A DNA stretch of 64,000 nucleotides from assembly GCF_020745735.1 (NCBI RefSeq), contig NC_083409.1:13019259-13083258 (forward strand). Direction: 5' to 3'. Shown one piece after another: positions 1 through 13,200 of this stretch. Position 1 is the first letter of the stretch, and the number at the start of each line of letters is the position of its first letter. This DNA is from Hemiscyllium ocellatum. Lineage: Eukaryota. The notes under the pieces are model-generated. The model was not told where the DNA came from, did no database searches, and was given only the letters and a program-made list of their open reading frames with translations. Made by a program: the position numbers and the translations under genes.

Positions 1-140
1 AAAATACAAGGTGAAGTTATGGAAGTCACCAAATTAATAAAGTTACAGTTTCATTTCAAGGGGAGGCGATGGCCGAGTGGTATTAGTGCCACGTAAATAA
101 TCCAGATACTCAGTACATTTTAGTAAGCCTACACTGGATA

Positions 141-315
141 GGTCAGGCAGCATCAAAGGAGCAGGAGAATTGACGTTTCGAGCATTAGCACTTCTTCAGG
201 CTTATGCCCGAAACGTCGATTCTCCTGCTCCTTTGATGCTGCCTGACCTGCTGCACTTTTCCAGCAACACATTTTGCAGCTCTGATCTCCAGCATCTGAA
301 GTCCTCACTTTCTCC
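141..315. mobile_element. Penelope-like 3' end (pLTR) fragment with a fold-back hairpin
   Basis: Arms 141-189 and 200-248 are inverted copies; contains GCCC-GAAAC-GTC; same family as the copies at 16885, 50850, 59900 and 60262. Confidence 0.75.
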
Positions 316-1079
316 TGCACTGGATAGTCCAACATATGTTGAGCTGGGGTGAATTCTCCTTGCTGCTCATAGAAGTTGGGTTCTTGGCATTTTTTGGACT
401 TCATCAAGGGGAAATTGTCATCAGTGAGCATTTGCTTTATTTAGTGTATGTGATTTTGGAAACTCTTCAGCTCTTGTATAATTGTGTGCTGTCTGCTGAT
501 GTGCATGTGATGTCGTTGTCCTTTATTTTTCCTCTGGCATCCCAGAGAGCTACCAGCCATACGGTGGCTAGTGTGATGGTAGTCACTGATGAATCCTCTT
601 GATGACTCAAATGGATTGGTAAACCCAAAGGACCTTTTAGGCCTTGGCAAGTATGTTGCGAAGCTGTTGTCTGGGTTGTCAGGTTTGGCAGGTTCATCAG
701 CCTTTAGGCTGCTGTGTCCAGTCAGTACATTGTTGTTTAAATTTAAGAGTGGGAATGGTATTGTAGAAGATTGGCTTTTGGGAATAGTAGAGGGAACATG
801 GGCCCATCCAGTAAGGATGACTGTTTATCCTCATGAAGGGCTTGTGCCGGAATCATGGAGTCTCCTCTTTGGATGCTGCCTGACATGCTGTGCTTTTCCA
901 GTGCCACACTTTTCGACTCTGTTTATCCCTAATGCCGACTAAATCCTACAGATTGTTTAAAGCAGAGCTTCAGCAAACAGATACTTGATGGCATGAAATC
1001 TGCAGTGTTAAATGGTTGAAGTGATGTCTCATTTTGGCAGTTGTCAACATTTGTGATTGTGTAAATTTTGTGCTTTCAG

Positions 1080-1288
1080 TGCTCACGGGAAGTCATCAAA
1101 GAAAAGCACAAGCTCTTCATTGTTCCATTCCACTGTGAGTTCCATGTCTCAGAGCCCTTTTCAGAATGACGCAGTGATAACATCCAGAGAGGGGACAAGG
1201 CAGCTGCGTGCTACTACCTCCACACCTTCACCTTCTCTAGCCGACATCAGTGTTACTGCAGCCTGGCCCTCCACATCCTCTGCTGCAG
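1080..1288 (+). CDS. CEP350: CEP350-like exon (AHGKSSKKSTSSSLF...WPSTSSAA), phase 2 to 1
   Basis: Acceptor tgctttcag at 1079; donor cag|gttgga; open Ser-rich frame; its phase-1 end matches the next exon. Weak sequence conservation. Confidence 0.7.
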
Positions 1289-4200
1289 GTTGGAACTCTC
1301 GGAATCATGTTTTCTGTAACTGTCATTGGTTTGTCCCAACCGTCTCCATTGGAGTAGTTTTTAAAAAAAAATAAAACCCTGAGTAAGTAGACAACCAAGT
1401 TGAAGTGACAGGCATAGTGATGACTGGATGAAATGGTGAGGGGCCACGTGGAAGCAGGTGCTTTTCCATTCAAGTGGTCGGATCCTGTCTGAGGAACATT
1501 AAGCAGAAGTAGGCTATTCGGCCTGTTGAGCCATCCCCTGTCATTCAGTACAATCATGGCTGATCAGTGCTTCAGTATCGTTTTAGCCACCCTGTTCCCA
1601 TCACCCCATACACTGTTGGAAATCAAATCCGTCAATTTTTACATAAAACATAATTGATGACTATGCTTTCACAACTCTCTGTGGCAGTGAACTCCAAAAG
1701 ATTCATGACCCTGAAGTAACAACAGAATTATCATCAGCTCAGACTTATGACATGGTCTCACTTATAAGTTGTCCCACCAGTCCTAGACTCCCCAACGGGG
1801 GAAACGTTACCTACATCTACCCTTTAAGTATTTTGTAGATTTCAATGAAATCAATTCAAAATGCTGGAGAATGCAGGTCCAGTTTTCCCAATCTCTCTCC
1901 ATGAGAATGTCCTAGAAACAAGTCTGGTGAACCTTTGTTGCATTCCTGATCATTCACCAGGACCCAAATACAATGATTGGGTTTGGATTTTCCGCACGCT
2001 TTGCTATTTGTTTTATCCTGTGAATCTCATGAAAATTTCAATGTCTTGTCCCTTGTCATTTTTTACGCAGTTCCCGAACTTGTTTTGAATCCTGGAGAGG
2101 CGTGCAGTTAATCCCATGATCCCAATGTATTATTGAACTAATTGTAAAAGTTGGAATTACACTTTTCACTTTGGTTATTGCAGCCTCGATGCTCAGCTCC
2201 CCACCAAGTATCCAACACCACATGACTGCTCAACACACTTACTTGGATGCTATGGAAGAGTCCATCCGTCAGCTATCGGAGATAGACATGACCCGGGGAA
2301 TAGCCTTTGCTCAACAAGAGACTGTGTCGTTGGCTCAGATCCTAAAGGTACAGGTCTATGCCTTGTGGTCTTTCAGAAATGGTTTTGTGAAATTGTCTTA
2401 AGTGATAATGGCTGCGCTCGTTTTCCAAACCAGGCAACATTCTGAGCAACGTTCTTCAGTTAAATCAGGCAAAACAAAGATTATTCCAAAACTAGAGATT
2501 AAATTTACTTACCCTTGGGTTGTGATTTAGGACAATGCCTGATCTTAAATGTGCAGATATTAGCATCGAACCTGCGCATGACTGCACTTTCCAAGTTGAC
2601 TGATAGAAGCAGGGCAAACTTGCCAAGTTTTCAAGAAATTTCAGCTTTCTAAAATTTGAGCCATTATGATGAGATTTATGAGAAATTTTTTTTTATTTAT
2701 AAAGTTGCAATATTAAAATTAATTGATTAAAATCTTGTCATTTGTTACTCTTAAGATTTTGATGCCTTTGCATTTCAATTGTTACTCTCTCTCTCTGGAC
2801 ACTGCAAATTTAAATACCAGTTTTTCACAGAGCAGAGCAGTGGAATGTAGAGTGATGGTTCCTATTTAATCTTTGTTTGTGTCCAGGCCCAACAGCTGAG
2901 CCATGAGCACGACATAGCCCTGCTGAAGCTGAAGGCCGAGCAGGAAGCTGCTGCAAGTCAGAGGCAGCTAGAGGAGGCCAGACAGAAAGCTGTACAGGTA
3001 CTTGAACATGTAACAGGTGTCTGGAAATGCAAATAATTCAGTGTTGACTGCTTCTCACCGTGCAATAAGAATAAACAAATTATAATTATAAAGTGCCTTT
3101 AACATTGAAGCCAAACCTCTCCCCACCCCTGCCCTGTTCTGTTCCACCGGTAAACTGCCCCACTCAACAAAAGCACATTATGAAGATGTCATCATGAAAA
3201 TCAATGACAGGCCCAGACCATGGGGACAGTACAAGGTACAGTTTTAGAAGCAAAAACATAGTTTGCTGGTGACACTCAGCAGCATCTGTGGGAAAAAAGA
3301 AGAGTTAACATTTCAGAGATTCTTTAGAAAACCTGGACAGATTGTAAGACCTTAAGGAGTGAATTCTAAAGACTGAGACACACAACTTGATGGAGTGGGG
3401 TTGAACAAGATGACATCAGGAATGTAGATGATGAGGGAGGTTATAGGGCTGGAGCAGGTTACAGGAATGGGACAAAGGGAGGTCATGCTGACTTTGATTT
3501 GGGTGAGTAAGTTTGGAAGGTTGCAGGTTCCTGTGTTTTTACCTCTTGGAATTCTGTATCTTAAGAGTCAGAAATCTTAATCAAAATAATCCTTGCTATT
3601 GTTCTTAGTTACTTGTGCAAGCTTGCTCCTGTGTTTTAATGCCTTAATGACAAGTCGTGAATTTGCATTCTGTAATTCTGGTGATCTCGAGGTGGGCCAT
3701 AAAGGCCTGCTTGCTGGCATAGCCCTCAACCCAAGAACAATTCAAAAAAAGGCTGCAGTCTATTTTAGTGTCTGATTGACAGTGGCTCCTTCAACTATTG
3801 ACCATCCAGGCACTGACATTTGTTTACTGAACCTGAATGTGTCTCTGTCTTTCTTCAAGAAGCTCCTTAAAAACTATGTTTTATCTGAGCACTTCTTATG
3901 TGGCTACTTGTCATATTTTGTAATCATGTTCCTGTCAACGTCCATGGGATGTTATAGTATAAAGGTGTGATACAAATGTCAGTTCATCTCATTGTGAATG
4001 CAACTGCCTCTGAATGAAAACGTTTTTGTTTCAAGCCCCATGCTTCGACTTGAATGGAAGCCGACCATACGCACTCAATCTAGAGCAGGACTGCTGCATT
4101 CTTAGAGATGACACCTTTCAGGCAAGACGTTAAAGCAAGTTCCCATCTTCTATTCCAGTGGATAGAGAAGATCCATTTTAATACTTGAAGAAGTCTAAGA

Positions 4201-7200
4201 GAGCTCTCCTGTTATCCTGCTCAATATGAATTCCTCACCATTGTAGATGCTGTCTTTTTAGGAGCTTGTCAAAAGGCCCTTCTTGGACAGCGTGACGATA
4301 TTTTGAAAGAACTCCATTAGCTGAGAAGGACTTTGCAATGACCTGAAGATGTCAATGACACCGTGAAAACGTTAGCTTCTTTAAACGGCAGTTTTTGCTT
4401 CAGATTGTCCCCATCTGAGGAACACAGCGCAGAACTGCCTCTGATGCCATATTTGCGATTTCTTTGATAGAACCCACACAGAGAGAGTAGAACCATGAGG
4501 GTAAGGAGTATCCACTTGACCAATAAAGATCATGGCAATAAAAATAGACTGCAGCTTTTTTTGAATTGTTCCTCAGTTGAGGACCATGCTAGCAAGCAAT
4601 GGCCTACCACGAGATCACCAGAATTGTGGAATGCATATTCACAACTTGTCATTGGGATATAGGAACAAGAGTAGAACAATCAGCCTCTTCATTCTCTTAT
4701 CCAACTGAGTTTAAATTTGTTTTTGCCGAAAAGCCCTTTCGCTTTTCATCAGCCTTATCCCTCAAAACACATGCAAAATAAAAGTATCATCTCATCACAG
4801 CAATTTGCTGGAAAAAAGCATTTAAAATAATAAAGTATCTCAAAATATTTCAAAAAAGCATCAAATGGAAAAGTTTATGTCATGCAAGATATTCAAAATT
4901 TTGGTGAAGTTGGATTTTAAGGAGTGTTTAAAGGAGGAAATGGAGCTGAGAGATGAACAGGTCTAGGAAAGCATTATGATGGAATATTTCCCACTTACCT
5001 GGAGGAGTGCAGTTCTCGTGATACTCAGGAAGCTCAACATCATCCATTACAAAACATCAGCATGATTTGAATCATGTCCACCCCCTTAAGTGCCTATTCC
5101 CTCTGTCATCAGTATGCGGTAGCAACAAGGTGCACCATCTACAAGATGCTCTGCAATACCTCATTGAAGGCTCCTTTGACAGATCTGGACTCATGACCTA
5201 TTCTGTCTGGAAGAACAGGGCAGCAAATATAGAACATAGAACATAGAAAAGTACAGCAGAGAACAGGCCCTTTTGCCCAAGATGTTGTGCAGAGATTGAA
5301 TCCTAATGTAAAATACAGTAACTTAACCTGCGCACCCCCTCAACTCACTGCTATCCATGTGCATGGCCAGCAGTCGCTTAAGTGTCCCCAATGACTCTGC
5401 TTCCACCACCACAGCTGGCAAGCATTCCATGCATTTGAAACTCTCTGCGTAAAGAACCTACCTCTGACATTTCCTTTGTACTTTCCTCCTAATATCTTCA
5501 AACTATGGCTTCTCGCACCAGTCAATCCTGCCCTGGGGAAAAGTCTCTGGCTATTGACTCTATCTACTCCTCTCTTTATGCCTCGATCAGGTATTCTCTC
5601 TTCGTCCTTCTCTCCAGAGAGAAGCATACAAGCTTATTCAAGCTTTCTTCATAAAGCAAGGCCTCCATTCCAGTGCCTGGGAATGCCGCATATAGTTATG
5701 ACATTGAATTATGTTGCTCTTCCTTTGCTGCCTACAATGGTCTGACATACATTGGGAGTATCTTGCAGCCACATGGGTTGCCGTGGTTTAAGAAGATCAC
5801 TAACTTTCACCTTTTAATGCCAGTTATGGTTGGACAGTCAGTGTCAGGGATATCTACATCCTGAGAATGAATTAAATAATTAATTCCTGATTTTTCAGTT
5901 CTGCATGGTCTGGTTTTTAGTTTTAAGGTTGAATACATCTCCCCATCATGGAAACAATCTCGCAATACCATGACCAGGTTAAATTAAAAAAAAAACCAAA
6001 GAACTGCAAATACTGGAAATCAAAAAAACAAAATCACACTATGACTAGGTTACTGTGCTTATATGTGACGTTGGAGGAGAGGGAAAGGCTTAAAAGCTTG
6101 ATTGTAAAACAGAAGCCGTGTCAGTGAGCTAAAGTTGCATGATGAAACATGTGAGCAGTGTGCTTACTGGATCATAAGTCAATTTCACATTGCATTTTAA
6201 TAGTGCTTTGTCTCTTGATTAAAGTATCTGAATTATCAATTGCTGGACGTGAAAACCTCTCTTTGTGTTCTCAGGCATGTGCAGAAAGTCTGCAGCAGTT
6301 TGTACAGGTTCGCCAAGAGATGCTGCAAGAGTCCACAACTAAATTGATCACTCAGCAGGTGGAACTTGCAAGGCTGATGGCTGATACAGCACGTCAGGTC
6401 ACAGAGGTACTTTCTTCTAGTGTACTTGGCAAGATGGCCCTTTCCCCCAGTCATGCTGAAGAGCCAGTACTTTCTGGAGTTTGGAAGGAATTTCTCTCAT
6501 ACAATTGCTGCATTGAGTTAATTGTCACTGCAGTTTGAAATTATTTCATTCCTCGAATGTAGTAAACTGTCAAGGAAGAGCAGGGCAAAGCTTAACAGCA
6601 TACCATATGATATTAAGAAAGATGACCAAATGCTTGGTCAAAGAAATAGGTGAGATAGAATGTTGGAAAGGAAGAAAATGTTACTATTTGAGCTGCGTTA
6701 GGACAGAGTTGCATAGCTGATGACCATGCAGCTGAAAGCTTCAGTGCTGAGCTGGGGTGGTGAAAATGAAAATGCTAAAATGGGGAACATAGACACTTCA
6801 AAAATTTCGAGGATTGAAGGAAATTGCAGAGATAGAAAGGAAAAATATGTCCGGAAGGACAGGACTTCTTATACTGAAGCTGTTGGCAAGTCATGAATCA
6901 GCAAGTACAAGGATCGTGGGTAAAAGGGGCTTGGAAAGAGGGTGCAGTAAGTGGAGCTTTTGAATATGTTGAAGTTGATGAAAGTTCAGTCAAGAGAACA
7001 TTGGGATAGTCATGTCTGGAAGTGAACAAATAAGTAAACAGCTGAGGGTGCAATTTTGGGTCATGTGATGGAAGAGTTTACTGAAGGTAAGAATTCCCGT
7101 TAGATGAGCTCTGTAGTAGGTTTCCTTTATTCATGGAGGGAATTGCCTTCGTATTCATGACTGCATAGCTGTGATTGATTGGTTAATGCCATCGGAATCA

Positions 7201-10200
7201 ACACATAAACACCCCATTTTCACTCCTTTTCACAACGTCTGAGATCTTTTAACACATTGTCTCATGCTCCCCTTTGGAGAAAAGAAAGCATGAAATGGAG
7301 CCTCAAGGAATCGGAGCAGGAGTAGGGATTCGTTCCCTTGAGCTTGCTCCCCCATTCTATCAGATCATGGCTGGGCCAACCCAGCCCTCAACTTGTCTTT
7401 TATGCTTGATCCTCATAGCCCTCAACTGCTTAATATTTCAAAATTCTATCTACCCTCTTTTAAAATAATTTGATATAGCATCATAGCATCATTGCTTCAG
7501 CTGAGCAATTCCACACCCACCCTCCGAAGAGTAACCCACCAGACCCATTCCCCTACCCCATTTAGCTGTCACAATTTTTTGGGCAAGAGAATCCCAGCCA
7601 TTCACTGAAGAGAAAAAAATCTTTATTTTTTAAAAAACGAATGTTCCCTTCTGTAATGTCCCCTGGGTTGAGACTTCACTGGTACTCGAACATCTAGTCA
7701 ACACCAACCCCTGTCAAGCTCCTCAGAACATTGTTTCCATAAGATCACCCGTTATTTGTCCAGACTCTATTGAATAATGACCTAACCTATTCTTGACAGA
7801 CCAACCTTTTCATCCACGAAGCAACTAAATGAATCTTTTTTTGAGTGGCCTCCAATGCTAGTTTATCCTTTCTTAAATATGAGAGCAAACATTGTATACA
7901 GTACTCCAAGTGAGGTCTCAGCAACAGCCATTGTGGTTAACCAATCCTCAGTCCATGCTAATACATGACCCCCGATGTCGTGAGCTCCTATCTTGTGCAA
8001 TTAACTTTTATGTAGCACCTTATCAAATGCATTTTTAAAATCCAAATACAGAACATCATCAGATTCTCCTTTATCTGCCCTACTTCTTATCTCCTTAATG
8101 AACTCTAGCAAATTTGTCAAATATAGTTCCCTTTCACAAAATCCAGTCTACCATGTTTAATGATAAGCTTTTCCAAATGTCCTGCTATTTCTTCCTTTAA
8201 TAATCAACTCTGCTGTTCTGCCAAAACAGATATTAAACTAACTTTCCTGATTTCTGTCTCCCTCCTTTCTTGAACAGGCGCATCAATCCACTGGAAGCTC
8301 CCTGTATCCACTGATTCGGGAATAATTCAATTGATGCCTTGAATATCTCTGCAGCCAGTTGCCTTAACAAAATGTTTGATACAGGCCATTAGGTCCTGTC
8401 TGCCTTTAATCCTATTAGTTTGTCATTACTTTGTCCTTTGTGACAAAGACTGTTGTAGCATTTGTCCTCCCACGAATACCTTGCTTTTTGCTATCTTTGG
8501 GATGATAACGGTATTCTCCTCCATGAAGAGCAATGTAAAATATTGGTTTAAATTATCTGCTGTTTTCCCTGTATACATTATCAATTCCCGAATCAGAACC
8601 TCCAAGGGTTCGATGCTCACATTAGCTACTCACTTTTTACATACCTGGAGAAACTTTTGCCATTCATTTTTGTATCTTGTCAGTTTAATTTCATGATCAA
8701 TTTTTTTTTCCTTTTTCGTCCGTTCTTTTCCTTGTGGGTACTGTCCTTGACTGCCTTTGTTACCCACGGGTGGTTCACCTTTCTCTTAGAGTTCTCCTTT
8801 TTGCCTCAAATAAGATTTTGCTCAGCATTATGAAAAAAGCCCATCATATCCCAATGACGGAGCATGTGAATTTTTTAACACTGGATGCTTCAATTTTAAT
8901 GATGTTCTCATTGGTTTTTGCTGTTTCACAGAAGAGCTGGGAGCATCTGGAAAGGAGGTGGCAGCTGATTCAGGATTAGTTCCAGAATTAATTTGAATAC
9001 TTGCAAAAATAAATTACTTGCAATATTGTGAGAGCAGGGGTCTAGCCAAATAGCTATTCCAAAGAGGCGGCACACATGCGATGGGTTGAGTAGGGGCCTC
9101 TGATTTCAAAAGCAAGATGTGATCCAAGTTGTCTTCTAACCTGTGCTGTGCTAATTCTTGCTGGTTTAGATGACTGAGTTGGCATGTGCGCAGGTTGCAG
9201 CAGGATCTCTGACTGCCACAAACCCACCTCATGGAACAGCTCCTGTGCCAGTGACAGTGCTGCTGGACCAACAGAGGCAGCAACATTCAGACTTCATGAA
9301 CCAACTTCGAACCAGAACTGAACCTGACAGGTAAGATTTTTACACTGTCCCAAACCTGATCAATAATATTAAGCTTCTTGGCTTAATAACCTAAGGCTTG
9401 TTGCTTGATGCGATGCACTGTTTTGGATGTTTTCGCTATTATCTGTGATCAGGAGAGGCAGGATCAATGCACTCAGTCTTTTAGGAAAAAGGAGGTGGCT
9501 CAGTGTTTAACACTGCTGCCTCACAGCGCCATGCACCCAGGTGACTCCAGCCTCAGATGACTGTCCGTGTGGAGTTTGCACATTCTCCCGGATCTGCATG
9601 GGTTTCCTCTGAGTGCTCCGATTTTCTCCCACAATCCAAAGATGTGCAGGTGAGGTGAATTGGCCGTGCTAAATTGCCAATAGTGTTCAGGGATGTGCAG
9701 GTTTGGTGCATTAGTCAGGGGTAAATGTTGAGTAATAGTGTTAAGGGATAGGCTTGGTTGGGATACTCTTCAGAGGGTTGATGTGGATTTGTTGGGCCGA
9801 AGGGCCTGTTGTTGTGGTTCTGTTCGCCGAACTGGAAGTTTTTGCTGCAAACGTTTCGTTCCCTGGCTAGGGAACATCATCAGTGCTATTGGAGCCTCCT
9901 GTGAAGCGCTGCTTTGATGTTTCTTCCGGTATTTATAGTGGTTTGTTCTTGCCGCTTCCGGGTGTCAGTTTCAGCTGTAGTAGTTTGTATGTGGGGTCGT
10001 GGTTGATGTGTCTGTTGATGGATCTTTTTGCCGTTTCCGGGTGTCAGTTTCAGCTGTAGTGGTTTGTATATGGGGTCCAAGTCTATGTGTCTGTTAATGG
10101 AGTTTGTGGATGAATGCCATGCCTCTAGGAATTCCCTGGCTGTTCTCTGTCTGGCTTGTCCTATGATGGTAGTGTTTTCCCAGTCAAATTCATGTTCCTG

Positions 10201-13200
10201 GTTGTCTGAGTGTATGGCTACTAGGGATAGCTGGTCGTGTCGTTTTGTGGCTAGCTGATGTTCATGGATGCGGATTGTTAGCTGTCTTCCTGTTTGTCCT
10301 ATATAGTCTTTTGTGCAGTCCTTGCATGGTATTTTGTAAACTACGTTAGTTTGGCTCATGCTGGCTATTGGGTCCTTCGTTCTAGTGAGTTGTTGTCTGA
10401 GTGTGGAAGTTGGCTTGTGTGCTGTTATGAGTCCTAAGGGTCGCAGTAGTCTGGCTGTCAGTTCTGAGACGCTCCTGACGTATGGTAGTGTGGCTAGTCC
10501 TTTTGATTGTGGCATGTCCTCATTCCGTGGTCTATCTCTTAGGCATCTGGTGATAAAGTTGCGTGGGTATCCGTTTTTGGCGAATACCTTGTATAGGTGT
10601 TCCTCTTCCTCTTTTCGCAGTTCTGGTGTACTGCAGTGTGTTGTGGCTCTTTTGAATAGTGTCCTGGTGCAGCTCCGTTTGTGTGTGTTGGGGTGGTTAC
10701 TTTCATAGTTTAGGACTTGGTCTGTGTGTGTTGGTTTCCTGTGTACCCTTGTGGTGAATTCTCCGTTGGTTATGCAAAGGTTAGAACGTACATCCCTACC
10801 ACAAATCCAACCCAAACTCTGGATCAGATACGTCAATGACACATTTGTAATCATCAAAAACACAGAAATAGAAAAAACACACCGAATCATCAATGCCACA
10901 CTCACAGGAATACGATTCACGAGAAAAGAGGAAAAGGATAGCCAACTCCCATTCCTAGACGTGTTAGTAGAGAGAACGCCCCACATACAAACTACTACAG
11001 CTGAAACTGACACCCGGAAGCGGCAAGAACAAACCACTATAAATACCGGAAGAAACATCAAAGCAGCGCTTCACAGGAGGCTCCAATAGCACTGATGATG
11101 TTCCCTAGCAAGGGAACGAAACGTTTGCAGCAAAAACTTCCAGCTCGGCGAACAGAACCACAACAACGGACACCTGAGCTACAAATCTTCAACCAGACTT
11201 CGAAGGGCCTGTTTCCACACTGTAGGAATTCTATTCTATTCTATGGTCAGAGTAATTTTGGGGGTCTAACAGAATCCTGTTATTCAGAAGGCACTCTGTT
11301 AGTTAAAATAGTATTGTGCACTCTTACCTTCTGCAGCAATTTGAGGTAGACTGCTCTGTACAGTTTCTTCAAACATTTTGTTCTTGAACCAGTCAGGGAC
11401 TTGGTAATATGATTGATTAATGAGTTCAAAATTAAAGACCCTTTTGGTAAGATTCAATGCAGCATAATAGAATTTAGCTTTAGGTGAAGGAATTTGGTTC
11501 TTGAACTAGTGTCTAAAGTTAAAGGCAGTCACAAGGGTATAAAGTAATAGTGAGCTAAATGGGAATGGGACGAGAGGTTAGAATGTTAAAGCAGAAGAAC
11601 CTATTCAGTTATTTCATAATTCTCAACAATGTACATTTATTTATAAAAGAAATGTACAATGAAAAGGTGCCAACAGCGGGGCATAGCTAAAGGAATTGTG
11701 GGTGACATCAAATTGAAAGAAAAGATATACAAAACTGCAAAGGTGGTGGTAGGCCAGAAAATTTGAGAATTTCAAACTATCGAAGGATGAGCAAAAAACT
11801 GCTGGAAGATACTTTGTCCCTTGTGATAGAGACTGTTATAACATCTTACCTCCCATTATATACCTTGCTTTTTTCCCACCTTTGGGATGGTAACAGTATC
11901 TTCCAGATTAGTAAGATAATTGGGCAAATTATCCCACAAGTTACTCAGTCTAAAACAAAGTGCTCTTGTGATGCTGTGGTCATGTCTCCAACTTTGAGCC
12001 AGAGGCCTGGATAAATCCTACCGGCTCCAGAAGTGTTGATTCGGAAAGAAACATGAGACAAACTTCAGTAATTGAATGTACAATCTTGATGGTCTCTGGA
12101 AATTCCAAACTTGACTATTTTGTATCCTGACCTGAGGCCTGATCTCAATTAACCCATCTCATTTGAACTGAATTGCCTTTGCTTGTGTTGAATATAATTG
12201 AAGTTTGTCCTGTCTGCACGCTCCCTTGTGCAAAACCTGTTGCAACCTGTCAAAGAACAAGATTGTAAAGTCAGATTAGCTGATAGTCTGTTCAAGGGAC
12301 AGTAGGTGTTGCAGTATTGATCCCATTTTCCATTGAACTGAGACAGGAGATGATGAGCTTGCTGAGATGTCCATCACTGAAACAATTGTTTCAATTAAAA
12401 AAGAAACTGCTTTGGCTGTGGTGGAATTGAATCCAGAGACTTAGCTAGAAGTAGCTGATCGTTGTTTCTTTCTTTGTTTCATCGTAGAAAGAACGAGTGC
12501 AGCCCAACACCAGGTGGATCTGCAGAGAAACTGCCAGACACTAAAATGCGTAACTCCACTTTATTAGACAGTCTGACTGAGTCATCCAGACTCAAATATC
12601 ATGATCGGAGGTGGGCTATTTATGTTCGCTGTGGATGCTTTTACATAGTACAATATTAATCCAAAACATATCTCTTGAGTACTGAAAACAACAAATACTG
12701 GAGATCACAGTGGGGAGGTGATGGCCCAGTGGTATTATTGCTGGACTGTTAATCCAGAGATCCAGATAACATCCCGGAGAACTGGGTCCGATTTGAATTC
12801 AATAAATATCTGGAATTAAGAATCAAATGACTATGAATCCTTGGTCGATTGTTGGGAAAAACCCATCTGGTTCACTAAAATCATTTAGGTAGGAAACTAC
12901 CATCCTTGCCTAGTTTGGCCTACTCCAGACACACAGCAATGAGGTTGACTCTGAACTGCCCTGTGGGCAGTTAGGGATGGGCAATAAATGCTGCCTAGTC
13001 AGTGACACCCTCATCCCATAAACATATTATTTTTAAAAATCCATGGAGAGAGCAAGCTCACATTTGGAGTCGAGATGACTCCTCATCAGAGCTCTGATAG
13101 AGTCATCTCGACTCAATGTTAGCTTGCTCAGTCTCCATGGATGCTGCCTCATCTGCTGTGAGCTCCAGCATTTGTTGTTTTCAGTACAGATTCCATCATC

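Larger units (their letters stand above)
9493..11245 (+). mobile_element. HE1-like tRNA-derived SINE split by a Penelope insertion (9493-9810 and 11201-11245)
   Basis: tRNA-like head ggtggctcagtg..., core gtggagtttgcacattctccc, CR1-type tail gggcctgtttccacactgtagg(attct)n resuming after the insertion. Confidence 0.85.

Noticed and set aside
546-650. Possible further upstream CEP350-like exon ending ggc aa|gtatgt (phase 2, compatible with the exon at 1080)
   Set aside because: The strong acceptor at 545 leads into stops at 574 and 580 in the required frame, and the alternative acceptor at 582 lacks a pyrimidine tract; not supportable without RNA data.
9886-11061. 391-aa ORF taken as an intact gene
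   Set aside because: It is a chimera: the N-terminal part is antisense RT and inverted-repeat sequence, and only about 10770-10000 is real Penelope coding sequence.
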